The translations under genes were made by a program, and so were the position numbers. A DNA stretch of 63,611 nucleotides, filler included, from Hausera hauseri (taxonomy: Eukaryota), in NCBI GenBank assembly GCA_046269625.1. It is 11 parts of 11 records of this genome, joined end to end, with 100 filler letters (N's around TTAATTAATTAA, not from the genome) between each part and the next. Parts side by side here need not be neighbours in the genome. Positions count along the whole stretch, not along the records: positions 32,730 to 37,750 come from JBJURY010359154.1; positions 37,851 to 43,646 come from JBJURY010187971.1; positions 43,747 to 48,546 come from JBJURY010431584.1; 8 more parts are not named here. One strand, written 5' to 3'. Below, in pieces: positions 35,305-47,791 of this stretch (positions are counted from its first letter, which is position 1; each line of letters starts with the position of its first letter). The notes under the pieces are model-generated. The model made no database searches, was not told where the DNA came from, and worked only from the letters and a program-made list of their open reading frames with translations.

Positions 35305-37750
35305 CTAAGATTTCTCAAAAGGTGTTTTGTGTTTTCTCTCCTTCTCTGGTGGAGCCAGACTGGGACCAGGCTGTGAGCTGAGTGTGTTTTCACACTCAGG
35401 TAAGTCCTCTGGGATGGATCGGCACTCTGACATTACTCTGAAGGCTTCCTGTACATACGAGTTGTTGCTGACAGGAAGATGCTTCATAGTAATGAAGTCG
35501 TGTTTGAGAGCATCTGATGGGGTGACCCGGTCTCCAGGATTTACACCCAGCATCTGTTTCAAAAGCTCTATGAATTCTCTCACATCTTGAAGCTCATGAG
35601 TATTGTCAATAAATGATGCCATTTCAACCAAATCATCCAAAGACTGGAGCTTGTTGTTCTTGTTTTGACGTATTCTCTCTCCTGTCTCTCGTTGGTACTG
35701 TCTGGGTGTTTTGAAGCTCCAGGTACTTTCACCGGCAGTCTGGTCCAGTGCAAAGTACTGTGGGGCCCGGTACCCTTGGTCAAGAACACAGATGTCTGGT
35801 TGACCAAGCAGATTTATAATAGAGATTAAGATCTCGTAGTCCAAATTACCTGGAAACATGACCCGACTAAGATAAAGTTCCCCCAGAGTACAAGCAAGCC
35901 CCCACATGTCCACAGCTTCATTTGGTAAAAACCCCAGATAGACTTCTGGGGCCCTGTAAGCTGGAGCCTGAATTCGATGAAACTCAGACAAGTCAGAAGT
36001 TAAGTGACAGAGTCCAAAATCAATTAACTTCACTCTGAAGGGAGTAGACGTGTGATTAACTAACATTAAATTGTCAGGTTTAATGTCAGTATGAGCCATT
36101 TCAAGTTCCCCTAACGCGGTGAGAGAAATTAATATTTGTTTGGCGATTGCTCTAATTTCAGACACTCTGAGAGGCGACCAGTCTCTTTGTCCCATGAAGT
36201 CAAACAGGTTTTGGTCCAGCAACTCAAATGTAAAGCAGAAATGATCTTGATACTTGAACCAGTCAAAGCAAGTCATGATGTTTATCTGGTCAGCATTAAA
36301 CTTTCTGAGGTGGAAAATTGCTTGTGCCTCAGTTTCAGCCGAATAAGCATCTTCTTCTGCCATGACCTTCAGAGCAACTGCCCCATCTGTCTCATTTTTC
36401 CGACATTTAGCCACCAATCCATAGGCTCCCCGTCCAAGAAATGTTTCTACATGGTAGACATCGGATTTATTGCAGATAGTGAAACCCTCTGATATTTCAT
36501 CCATCAGATTATTTGACTCAGAGTTTGGAGCTTCTATAACATTGTTGTCACCTGCTTTTGGGTTGTAACTGGCAGGTGGCCCCACAGTGGGACCAGGATG
36601 TGGGGTGTTTGTGTTTTCTTGCTCCACAGGTGACTCCTCTGTGATTTTGGGTTGGCACTGTGACATAATTTTGAAGGCTTCTTTTACATAAGAATCATTG
36701 CCATTGACAGAAAGATGATTCATTGTAATGAAGTTGTGTTTCAGAGCTTCTGCTGGGCTGATCCGGTCTCCAGGATTCACAGCTAGCATCTTTTTGAGCA
36801 GGTCTATAAATTCTTTTCTGTCCTGTAATTCAAGAGGATCGTTGCAGGGCGCTATTTCTATTAAATCGTCCAAAGATCGCAAATCGAGACAATCCGTTTT
36901 TTCAATTTTCTGCCCAGAGTCCTCTTCATATTGTGTTGCTGTTTTAAATTGCCAGACGCATTCGGATCCAGATTGTTCGAGTGTAAAGTAGTTTCTGACT
37001 CTACACCCACTGTCAAGGACATCTTTGTTGGGCTGACCAAGTAGATCTACAATAGTTTTCATGATTGTATATTCTGAACTACTCGGAAACAAATACTGAC
37101 CAGAATAAAGTTCAACCAAAACGCATGCAAGACTCCACATGTCAACTGCTTCATTTGGCTGAAATCCCAGAAAGACTTCTGGGGCCCTGTACCCTTCAAC
37201 CTGAAATAGATTGTACTTTGATAATTCAGATGTTGAAATACAAAGTCCAAAGTCAATCAGCTTAACTCTGAATGGTGTAGAGTTTTGATTAACTGTCATC
37301 AGGTTGTCGGTTTTAATGTCAGTATGGGTCAGTCCTAGATGTTTCAATGCAGTGAGGGAAATGAACATTTGTTGGGCTATTGCTCTAACTTCAGACAAAC
37401 TCAGAGGTGACCAGTTCCATTGATCCATGAAATCAAATAGGCTTTTTCCAAGAAGCTCAAAAGTGAAGCAAAAGCAGTCCTCATACATAAACCACTCAAA
37501 GCAGTTCATGACGTTGATTTGGTCATGATTAAACTTTCTTAGACGTGAATGTGCTTCAATCTCCTTTTCAGCTGAATAGTCCTCTTCTTTTGCCATAATC
37601 TTTAACGCAACAACTTGGTCAGTGTCATTTTTCCTGCACTTAGCCACTAATCCAAAAGTCCCTTCTCCGAGTATCTCTTCTACACGATAAACATCTGATT
37701 TATTGCAGATAGTGTCACCCTTTGCTATTTTATTCTTGGAATTAGTTGGC
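35305..37750 (-). CDS. HIPK-like (CMGC/DYRK group) kinase with two tandem kinase domains in one exon; 5'-truncated by the contig end
   Basis: Two sets of GxGxFG/YG, VALK, HTDIKxDN, PFRVKLIDFG, YRAPEV, VDMW motifs. The frame is open from 37749. Confidence 0.9.
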
Positions 37751-37850
37751 NNNNNNNNNNNNNNNNNNNNNNNNNNNNNNNNNNNNNNNNNNNNTTAATT
37801 AATTAANNNNNNNNNNNNNNNNNNNNNNNNNNNNNNNNNNNNNNNNNNNN

Positions 37851-38112
37851 CTCCAACCGATATTGTATTGTTAGTAAGTGTCAGAGGACAAGAATGTGTT
37901 TTGGTTTCAGTAACAGTCTTTTTGTACCTTATTTTCATGGTACCTTTCAGTGTCACCGATGCGCAGGGAAAGTTAAATTCTGTCAGTGAAACCGCTCATT
38001 GTCCAGCAGATAAATCCAAAGGATTGTTCCAATCTGCAACGTATCCATTAACGGAATTGTTCGGACGAGTCGTCGGACAACTGTTGCTCGGCAACACTAT
38101 GTAAATACTCAT
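37851..38112 (-). pseudogene. Minor capsid (penton) paralog 2, N-terminus
   Basis: MSIYIVLPSNSCPTTRPNNSVNGYVADWNNPLDLSAGQ*AVSLTEFNFP. Confidence 0.75.
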
Positions 38113-38159
38113 GATCTCTCTATGATTATGATGATGATCGTGATAACGCAGTTTGTTTA

Positions 38160-39225
38160 TTATCGACGTTGACGACGTCGAAAATGTAACGTCAAATGTG
38201 CCGTTGACCCAAATAGAAATTTAATGGGTTCCCAAAATTCATCAAACATATACACGGAAACACTATGCACAATATTGTGAGACAATGATAAGTACATAGG
38301 TGTGAACAAAATAACGCGAACAGTTTCACCCGATGATGATGTTTGTATGTGTCAGAATTCAGTTCGATAGAAGCTAGCAGTTGTTTACGTTCTCCGCCAA
38401 TGAGTGCGGATTTGGCTAAGTCCGTTACAATGTTGATTCGGTGAAATGCTCCATAGAGTTTTGGTTTGTATTTGGCAACATTAGATCGTCCAACAATGTT
38501 TTGATAGAATTCGCGTTTTGAAAAACCCAAATTCCGAGCCAAAAATTCATCAAAGGCAAAATACGTAATACTGTCATGGAGTGTAATCGAAATATGACCA
38601 TCTGCGTTTATTTTACATGTCTTTACGGCTAATGTAGCCGTTTTCTTGATGAATTCACACAATTCCAGTTCCGTTTCCATTAGTAAATTGTGTGGTATAA
38701 TACATGAGCGAAAGACTGATTATGACTTAGTCCACTTTACTATAATATCGGATTCCGCATCAGATGAAAGGTCCAATTTTTCACCAATTATAACATGTCC
38801 ACATAGTCGTAGACGTTTTGAGTGTACATTGGCTGATTTAAAACCCCATGCTTAAGCATCAGCTACAGAATTAAACTGCATTTCCATGGGATTTCGATGC
38901 ATTAGTTTCATACGATAGTTTGAAAAATAAGCATAAACTGAGAAAATTTCTCGCGAATAATTGTGAATAATATATGGGTTATTGTGTCGGATTGTCCGCA
39001 AACAACTTGAAATCAATATATTTCTTGTCGGGTAAAGTAAATACCACTGTTCTGACGTATTGTCATTGGTGAAAATGTAAATGCGAATTCCATCAAAGCC
39101 ACTTCCCAGGCTCCGTGGCGTAAATCGACCGGTTGGTCCAAGTGTATGGTAAACTGTTTAGCGGTATCGTCGTCATGTTGTGATAATGATCTGTTACTAT
39201 CAAGTACCAAATAAGTGCTCATCAC
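38160..39225 (-). pseudogene. Minor capsid (penton) paralog 1
   Basis: YLVLDSNRS..FTIHLDQPVDLRHGAWEVALMEF at the N-terminus; INIVTDL..ALIGG..QLL and LHFR-type C-terminus. Confidence 0.8.
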
Positions 39226-39965
39226 TCAATCTGCGATGAAAAATCCAACTCGGTATAGTGTATCCGTGCCACGTGACAAGATATTGTTTATTCGAACCTT
39301 TGCCGCGTGAACGTAGAATTTCCTAAATCCGATATACATCGGGTTTCTCGGGCAGTACCTGCAGTTCCTGTTCGTAGAATTTACCGCGTACTTCCTCACC
39401 GTTTTCATCCTCTAAAACGTACATGACAGGTGTTTGTTTTGTGTTGATTGCCGAAATGCGGCAAACCTCATCGCTCCAGTTCTGATTGAAATTCTTAATG
39501 AATGGTGTCGTACTTATTTTCGAAGTACGTACGTAAGCACCGATTTTAAATTTTGGGCGTTTAATTTCCTGTTGTTGTCGTTGCGGTGTTCGGTTTTGAT
39601 AATGCTGCAGGTCCAAATCATCTATTGCGTCAACCGCGCGCATTCCGTTGATGCCACTATGTGTCGAATGATTGTATGCATGAATAATATACGGCATTAC
39701 ATCTACCCAGCGTTTGTTGCTTGCTTCGTAAAGAATTTGTTTAGGCGACCGCGCAATGTTTGGTAATATCGTTCAACGAGTGCAGCCTTGTAATGGGAAA
39801 ACACCGAGTAGGGGTTTACGCCGAACCGTTTCAAGATCGCTTCAACGTGGGCTTTGTAGAATTCCTTACCCAAAGCCATTTGTAAATGCTTCCGTTGTTG
39901 TTGTTGCTATTGCATCAGCAGTGTCTGAACGGAGTCGGCAATCTCTTTACCGGATTTATCGTCTG
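39226..39965 (-). pseudogene. Polinton rve integrase with C-terminal chromodomain
   Basis: GKEFY, YNHSTHS, FKIGAYVRTSK..NWSDEV, GKFYEQELQ, chromodomain LVTWHGY..SW. Confidence 0.88.
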
Positions 39966-42860
39966 TCTCAGCTGGACTCCTTTTGCCAGCATTTTCGGGC
40001 CACAGTCCGTCAGAAGACTGTAGCACTTTGGACGTAGGAATATCCATTTCCGATACCGGACACGTCCTTCACTTCCATCCTTGAAGCAGCCGATTTTGTT
40101 GGTGATCGCGCTGCTGTACAACGGATGATCCGGTGGATAGTCGGAAGTGTCCAGTAATCCATCTAATTGCATTTGCTACAGTAGCTGTTTGCGACTGACT
40201 TTTTTCAACCGCAAGAAAAAACTGTCTGTGTCACCGGCAATTATACCAATGTCACAGCCGTCAAACATTTGCCCATAACGTGCCAAATCGCGATACTGTA
40301 ACTCATACATCCGCAACTTGCTCAGGTCCAATACCACTCGTCCGATGTAACTTGGCCGATCCAGAACGTCTTCTCTGTTTAAAAGCACCGCAACCAATCC
40401 ATCGGCAATGTGCATTGACCGCCGAAACTGCGCCTTACTCTTGTACGTGACCAACCGCTTTTCGCTATTGCATAGGCGTACACTGATCTGCTTTATCAGA
40501 TTCTCCCGTTTTTCTGTACAGAGAATTGTTTTTCAGTTTGTAATAGTCCTTTTCGAACTTTGTAAAAGCTGCGGCTCGTTTCTCCGAATTTCTATCTATT
40601 TACGCCTTGAATACGGCCGCCTGAGTAAATCGGATTGCACGATGCAGCTGTGTGACACATAGACCGAGCTGCATGTAGAGCCGTAGCAGACGTTAATGGA
40701 CCACATAATTCAGCTTCGGTTCATGCGTCATGAGCAGTTTCTTCATTTTTAAGCCTGGCGGACATTGGTTAAATGTTCGACCGGTAAATCGTCAAAAACG
40801 TCATGCAACTCATATAGTACCACGAGGTCGACCTCCATCAGGTATCCGACTGAGCCTGCCATATCTGCTAGTGGTAGGTTGACCATTATGTCGTCCAGAT
40901 CTTGTCTGTCGACAACCCATTCGAATGAACCATACGGCAAGGGTTACGAAAGCGCCAAGCCGTACAGGTTATTAATATCAATATTCAGAAGTGATTTGGT
41001 ATCGGTAACACTGAACTGATGCTTGTTGACAAATGTCATTCCGCCGCGAATACCACCATCAAACAGCCGGTACATTTCCGGGTCTTGTAGTAGCTCAATG
41101 TCTCGATCCAGTGACATTAGAGCTGACGCCAAACGCATTCTTGCTATGGAATAAAAGTTGAGTGGCTCCAGCCTATCTTCCGTCAACGCTTTCGCTCGAA
41201 ACGCTTGGAACATATCGGTTAATAAGTACACTTCCAGTTTAAGATACTGGAGCATGTAATCCAACATGTTTCTACAGCTGAGTTCTGTCCAACACCTCTG
41301 TGCTTTCCGGTATTCATCCTCTGCGATACCTGTCCATCGCGGCGGTAACTCCTCTGCTGTCCGGAGTCGCTCATATGATGTTGCAAAGTCATGGAAATAT
41401 GCCTTTGCTGCGTGCAATGTGTGGGGAACTGCGTTGAGGTTATCGGCACATCCGGCAAAGCATTTACTAGCTTCGCCAGTGATTTATTGAGAAATTGCAA
41501 TGAATCAAGGAAGCGTACCTGGAACTGGTTTATGCGTGCTGACAGGGACAAGTATTTCTCCATTGTTGTTTGGATTACGGACAGTTCCCAGTGTGGAAAT
41601 TCGTTGATGTCTCATTTCAGTATATGGTGACAATCATAACCCCGAAAATTATGAAAGATCATCGGTAGTCGTTCCTGTGCATCAAACGGTAATATTTTGT
41701 GGCACAGATGACATTCCTCTGTCTGCAAACGTTAGGCGTTCATATTCATCTGTCCAAATTATGGGTTTTGTGTTGTTATTGCGATACAACGGTGCGATTT
41801 CCGATTCAACTATTGTTTCCAAATGATGCAGGAAATCACGCACACAGTTCCAGCTGTGAATCATGTAATACTGCGATTGACCTGCAGCTTTTATTGGAAC
41901 AAACAACATTCCGACGGCAATTGGAACGTGTTTTTGATCGCATGTCGTGCCGTGGTAGGATTGCCTCAATATCAGCATATATTACATATACTGGACTGTC
42001 CGTTTTAGACCAGTAACTAAATGGCCGTTCCTTTTTGACTGGCATGACGTACATTGTTGTTCCTGATGCATTCTGTCTGCACAGCGTCACATGTTTTTCC
42101 CACGTGGTTTATGATCTGACGACATGCAGACATGTAGGACACCATTTACAACGTATTTGTTTTTGGACAAACCGATTGTGATTTATGTTCAACAGTCGGT
42201 CCAAATTTGTTACGTCCACGTAATGAAAGTTTTCTGCCTGCTCCAAAAATAACAAATTTTCTGTGCGTCCATTCGGGTTCCGACTACGATAGATTATATC
42301 CACAGGTGGATTCTTGTAAATTTCGTCGTCTGCCGGTATTTCATCTATTGTATTGTACCGGAACACGTTGATCGACAGCGTTGGATTACGCCATTCAAAT
42401 GTTAAATGGTTTTTAGTTTCAACGGCATCCAGTTTTCGTCGAATTGCAATTCGGAAAAATACTGCCGATACTGATTTGGACGATATGCATTGTCTGTCCA
42501 TTTCGTCATATTTTAATACCGCTAGAATACTGTAAATGAAACAGTAATCATCGTCCGTGTTTTTTGCATTCACTATCGCATAAGAGTGCTTTAGAGCTTT
42601 AAGTGTCGTTATGAATAAACGTCCGGACAGGTAAATTATGTCACTCGACTTTGTTATAATAAAACCGAGAGTGACAATTTTTGTTATTCGCCATCCACTA
42701 TCCTTTTCCATGTAGTTGGCGATTTTTTTATCCAGCTTTCCGTCTATGTCGGCAATGAAATCTTTGGAATATGGAACTGCTCGATGTGACACGTATCATT
42801 GTTTCTTGTCACCCTGTAGATTCTCAAATTCTGCGTGCATAATATTGCACTTTGCAGTTG
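39966..42860 (-). pseudogene. Protein-primed family B DNA polymerase
   Basis: YCFIYSILA, VIYADIEAIL, FHNFRGYDCH, RFLDSLQFL, GIRGG, DINNLYG, GDTDSFF, FLRPKCYS, AKGV. Confidence 0.92.
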
Positions 42861-43746
42861 TGGTGTTTGAATTTCTCCACTTCAGTTTCTAACCGGTTGC
42901 GCACATGAGCGGGTACACGCCTCGGTTGAGTTGCTGATTTCGCCGACATGTTTACTTTTATGTCCACGTACGATCTGTTTAGGTGGTACTTGACAGTAAT
43001 TGGCGGTCCCTGCTGTTGCTCTTGCTGCTGATGCTCCGTATTGCTGCTTTACAGGTATTCTCAAGACTTGTTGACGCTTGACGTTTCCTGCTTGTTGAGG
43101 AAATACTACTTTTTGCTGCCTCCACTAATATTTCTTTTTTGGACCTCTGAATCTGGTTCAAGTGGTCCTTGTGCTCATTATAAAGTTGTTCATAGTTGAT
43201 TTCATCAATTATAGAACGATCGGGACAGACGTATGCTCGTTTACCGTGCACCGTTGTGGCGCCATAGTACTGCTCCATTTTACTATGGCAACCATCAACG
43301 TTGTGCACTTTACTAGTACAATACCTTGGGTACAAGAGCAATGCACATGCATCATCTTAGACCGAGTAAACTGTCCGAGATGATGCTTGTGCACCTCATG
43401 AAAGTCGGCATATGGACATTTGGGCGTTGAAATATTACACGTTTGACACAAGTAAGTGTCCTCTCCAATGGCATAATACTGTGCCATCTGTTTGTGACAT
43501 TGTCCACCTTCATGTATGCGATAGACGCAGTAAATGGGATATTGCGAACATTTCTGAATTTAAAGTAATTTAAGGTAATGTTAAATTAAAAACAAATAAA
43601 ATATATTAATTATAAATAAATAAATTTAGTTACAATACACCATAACNNNNNNNNNNNNNNNNNNNNNNNNNNNNNNNNNNNNNNNNNNNNTTAATTAATT
43701 AANNNNNNNNNNNNNNNNNNNNNNNNNNNNNNNNNNNNNNNNNNNN

Positions 43747-43890
43747 TTCGTTCGTTCGTTCGTTCGTTCGTTCGTTCGTTCGTTCGTTCGTTCGTTCGTT
43801 CGTTCGTTCGTTCGTTCGTTTGTATGTTTGTTCGTTTGTTCGTTCGTTCGTTCGTCCTTCGTTCGTTCGTTCGTTCGTTCGTTCGTTCGT
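43747..43890. repeat. (TTCG)n microsatellite
   Basis: About 35 mostly perfect TTCG units. Confidence 0.97.
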
Positions 43891-44129
43891 TGGGTTGGAA
43901 AAAAGTTTAGGCTGACCTATTTTCGGACAGTTGCAAATTTGAACTCACCTTAATGAGTTTAGTCGGACAAAAGTTTATTATGATCCAGTTCCAGACAACC
44001 ACAGTCGCCCACCTATCTAACTAGAAACAAACTTTTAATGGAACAACACTATTTCCCCACCTATCTGACTATAACTAACATTTGATAACAAGTAATAATA
44101 GTAGTATATTTCAAAATCACAAAAGCTGT

Positions 44130-44480
44130 CTGTCCAAAAAAGAATAAGTTTGCAAAAATGTTTGTAATATAAGCCACAAATGCTGTCAGTGGATGTTGAT
44201 AATGAAGTCGATTGTATTCAACGCAATATGACAACTGCCGTTCAAATTGAGAAACTAACGATGACGGATAGTAAAATCCGAGCGGATCGAATACCTTTAC
44301 GACGTTGGTCATAAGATGGACGTACACAGCAATCCAATGTTCGCCAGGTAACGATGACGTGTGTGTATTGGCAATGAAGCCGCCGGTTTGTCATAAGTCA
44401 CGTGGCACACGGTCCTATGGAAACACACCGCGAAATTTTGCGTCCATGAGCAGTTTTCCGTAGCAACTGAACTTGGTGGA
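44130..44480 (-). pseudogene. Adenain-like cysteine protease
   Basis: FRGVFP*D..FIANT..PGEHWIAVY..VFDPLG..YQHPL..(S)ICG. Confidence 0.85.
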
Positions 44481-44585
44481 ACTAAATTTAAAACGCAGGA
44501 TTAAAACATGACAATATTCATAATCAATTACTTCATGTTATTGAGTAGTAGTAATAGTAGTTGTAGAGTGATGCATTAGATTTAC

Positions 44586-45810
44586 TTATACAATAACTAT
44601 TCCGTTTTTCGTTATTTCAATCTCGGCATCAAATACACCGTAAATGTACATCACGGTAGACTGTTCCAACGCTTTAGCAAAGTGAACCTCCAGTCGTAGG
44701 TTTCCCTTCTGAGGTAGTTGAATCTGTTCAACGTCATAATCTGGAGTCAGGACAAATATAAAGAATGGGTAGGTGGACTTGAACAAATCCATCGATATGC
44801 CATTGTTGATGTTCTTGTTGAGCAAACCTATGTTGCGCACAATAAATTGCATATATGTGCAAACACAATCATCAGACTCAAAGTCTTGTTTATACGTCTC
44901 AACGAAATCCGCATTCAGACCCAAACTGATGTAATTCATATTGCTATGGGTAAACGTTTCCGAATCGGCGGTATAACTACCTGTTTGTTGAATAGTCGTT
45001 TGAAATGTAACGAGCAGAAATTTCGGCAATCGCATGTCGCCAAATAGTGCATCTTTGTAAAACGTTATCGAACCTTTGGGTATGGTGAAAAATACGAGTT
45101 CTGTGCGTTGTATCGGGTAACAGGCATTTTGCCTTTCCAAGCCCAATCGATATCTCATGAGCACAGATGATTCTACTTTTACTCGACGTACATATCATCG
45201 TTTGTCGGTAATTTTCAATATGGGTTTGAGATTTGCAACGGCTGTTTTCAAACAAAAGGCATTGTTGCTGCGTTTAAGCCGAAACATGGCTTTAACATTA
45301 GGCAGTAGGTATTTCGGCTAATCGAAAAAGTCATAGTACAGCGGTCCACACATTGTAAGTGCTTTTGATTCTGCTACCCATGCCTGACGGTTTGCTGCAG
45401 TGGCGTCATATCCGATAGTTTTCGTCAAATGAGTCGTTTTCGTGTCAGTACTGTAATTCAGAGACGTTTCAATGAGTGCTTTAATACTGTATAGACTGAT
45501 GTTGTCTTCGATTTAATCGCTGTTTAGAGTCAGTGAAGCCTCCTGGAACAGTGTGAGAAAAAGTTAATTGGCCAGTGTGACAGTGTCTGTTGCAGCGAGA
45601 ACCGTTAACGAATCCTTTTTAGCAATGACTTTTACATACAGTAGCGTATCGTTCAAATCCAGGTGTTCATTGTCCGATGCCATAATGTTAAATTGAATGT
45701 CAATGCAATCGTCCCTTGAAACCGAATCAACGGGGTAGATTTCTTCAAATGCCGCATTGTCAATAACAACTTTGTCAAACATACACAATTCTGATTTTGC
45801 AGATGCCATT
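44586..45810 (-). pseudogene. Double-jelly-roll major capsid protein (hexon/PY)
   Basis: KSELCMF..IQFNI..HLDLNDTLLYVK N-terminus; LPKFLLVTF..GSY..FTH; GNLRLEVHFAKAL..IYGVFDAEIEITKNG C-terminus. Confidence 0.9.
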
Positions 45811-45867
45811 TGTCTATCTATCAATCAATCAAACGAAAATCATACGACGGTGACGTTTGTTTATAGC

Positions 45868-46188
45868 TCATGAACTCGATGCTCGACGGCGTTTTCTTAT
45901 CAAGCTGCTGCCAGAGAATTGTTTTTTGACTGATTCAACGACTCCCGGTGCAGCGCTTTTTATTTCTGACAAGGCGTGTTCCTTCAATAATGGTAAAACC
46001 GATTTGTTTTCATATAGTACGTCCTGTGATGTTATTGCTGCCATGGCTCCAATGCGTTTCAACACCGGAAATGCTAAACGTACCAATGTACGCAACCATC
46101 CAGAGCCGTACTGTTTACCAACGAAATACAGCATTTAACCGCCTTGCTGGGGTTCACTGTAAATGGAAACGATTTCAGAATCAATCAT
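45868..46188 (-). pseudogene. Polinton small conserved Gly-rich/amphipathic virion protein
   Basis: QQGG*MLYFVGKQYGSGWLRTLVRLAFPVLKRIG with a basic tail, located between penton and major capsid. Confidence 0.65.
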
Positions 46189-46189
46189 T

Positions 46190-46747
46190 TTGGATTCGAC
46201 GGAAAGAGTTAGACTGGTTTTGGTACCGTACGGAAATTCAATAAGTTAGCCCGCGTCACGTCGGATATTCACTTAAACATTGTTTATAGATGTAGATGAC
46301 ACAGGCAGGTACATTGGATTATCGAGCTTGACATTGACATTGTCGCCAGAAGTATATTATCACTATATGTATATCAGAGGATTCGAAGGTAACAGTATAT
46401 TCAAAATCTGACAAAATGTAAGTTTTGATCTAAAATAAAAACACCGATTTTGCCGTGCGAACGGCAATCTGCTGCGGTCGTGCAAATGGCCGATTCTCCA
46501 AGTTTTATTTTATTGTCACTGTCAGAGGACAAGAATTTGTTTTAATTTCAGTAACAGTATTGTATGTTATTTTCATACTACCTTTCAATGTAACCGGTGC
46601 GTAAGGAAAGTTAAATTCCGTCAGTGCAACCTCCAATTGTCCAGATAAAACCAAATGATTGTTTCAACCTACAACGTATTCACTGGCAGAATTGTTCGGA
46701 CGAGTCGTTGGACAACTGTTGCACTGCAACACCATGTAAATACTCAT
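46190..46747 (-). pseudogene. Minor capsid (penton) paralog 2
   Basis: MSIYMVLQCNSCPTTRPNNSASEYVV..LSGQLEVALTEFNFP ... NPMYLPVS..FPYGTKTSLTL. Confidence 0.78.
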
Positions 46748-46792
46748 GATCTCGACGATAATGATGATAGTGATGACGAAGTTTGTTTATTA

Positions 46793-47791
46793 TCAACGAT
46801 GTCGAAAATGTAACGTCAAATGTGTCGTTGACCCAAACAGAAATTTAATGAGTTCCCAAAATTCATCAAGCATATACATAGAAATACTGTGCACAATATT
46901 GTGAGACAATAATAAGTACATGGGTCTGAGCATAATAACACGAACAGTTTCACCCGATGTTTTGTACGTGTCAGAATCCAGTTTGATAGAAGCCAGTACT
47001 TGTTTATGTTCTCCACCAACGAGTGCGGATTCGGTTATGTCCGTTAAAATGTTGATTCTCTGAAATACTCCAGAGTTGTGGTTTGTATTTAGCAACAATA
47101 GATCGTCCAAGAATGTTTTGATAGAATTCGCATTTCGAAAAATCCAGATTCCGAGCCAATAATTCATCAAAGGCAAAATATGTAACATTGTCATGTAGTA
47201 TAATCGAAGTATGACCATCTGCGTTTATTTCACGTCTTTACAGCTAAAGTAGCCGTTTTCTTGACGTATTCACAATTCCAGTTTCGTTTGCATAATATAT
47301 GAGCGGAAGACTGATTCTGACTTAGTCAACTTTACTATAATATCGGATTCTGCATTGGATGAAAGGTCCAATTTTTCACCAATTATAACACTTCCACCTA
47401 GCCATAGACGTTTTAAGTGTACATTGACTGAAAACCTCATGCCTGAGCATTAGCTATAACTAAAATGCATTTCAATGGGATTTCGATGCATTAGTTTCAT
47501 ACGGTAGTTTGAAAACAAAGCATAAACCGAGAAATTGTGTCGCCAATAATTGCGAAGAGTATATCGGTTATTGTGTCGGATTGTTCGCAAACGACTTGAA
47601 ATAGAGTACGTTTCTGACGTAGTCATTGGTGAAAATGTAAATGTGAATTCCGTCAAAGCCACTTTCCAGACTCTGGCGTAAGTCGAACGGCTGGTCCAAG
47701 TTGTATGTGAATGATCCAAGTGCATGATAAACTGTTGTGATAATGATCTGTTACTATCAAGTACAAAGTAAATGCTGTTGCTGCTGCTCAT
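46793..47791 (-). pseudogene. Minor capsid (penton) paralog 1
   Basis: IYFVLDSNRS..WKVALTEF ... RPMYLLL..IKFLFGSTTHLTLHFR. Confidence 0.8.

Larger units (their letters stand above)
37851..43550 (-). mobile_element. Polinton/Maverick (adintovirus-like) copy 1, decayed
   Basis: Order on the minus strand: Cys/His ORF, protein-primed PolB, rve integrase, penton 1, penton 2. Confidence 0.92.
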
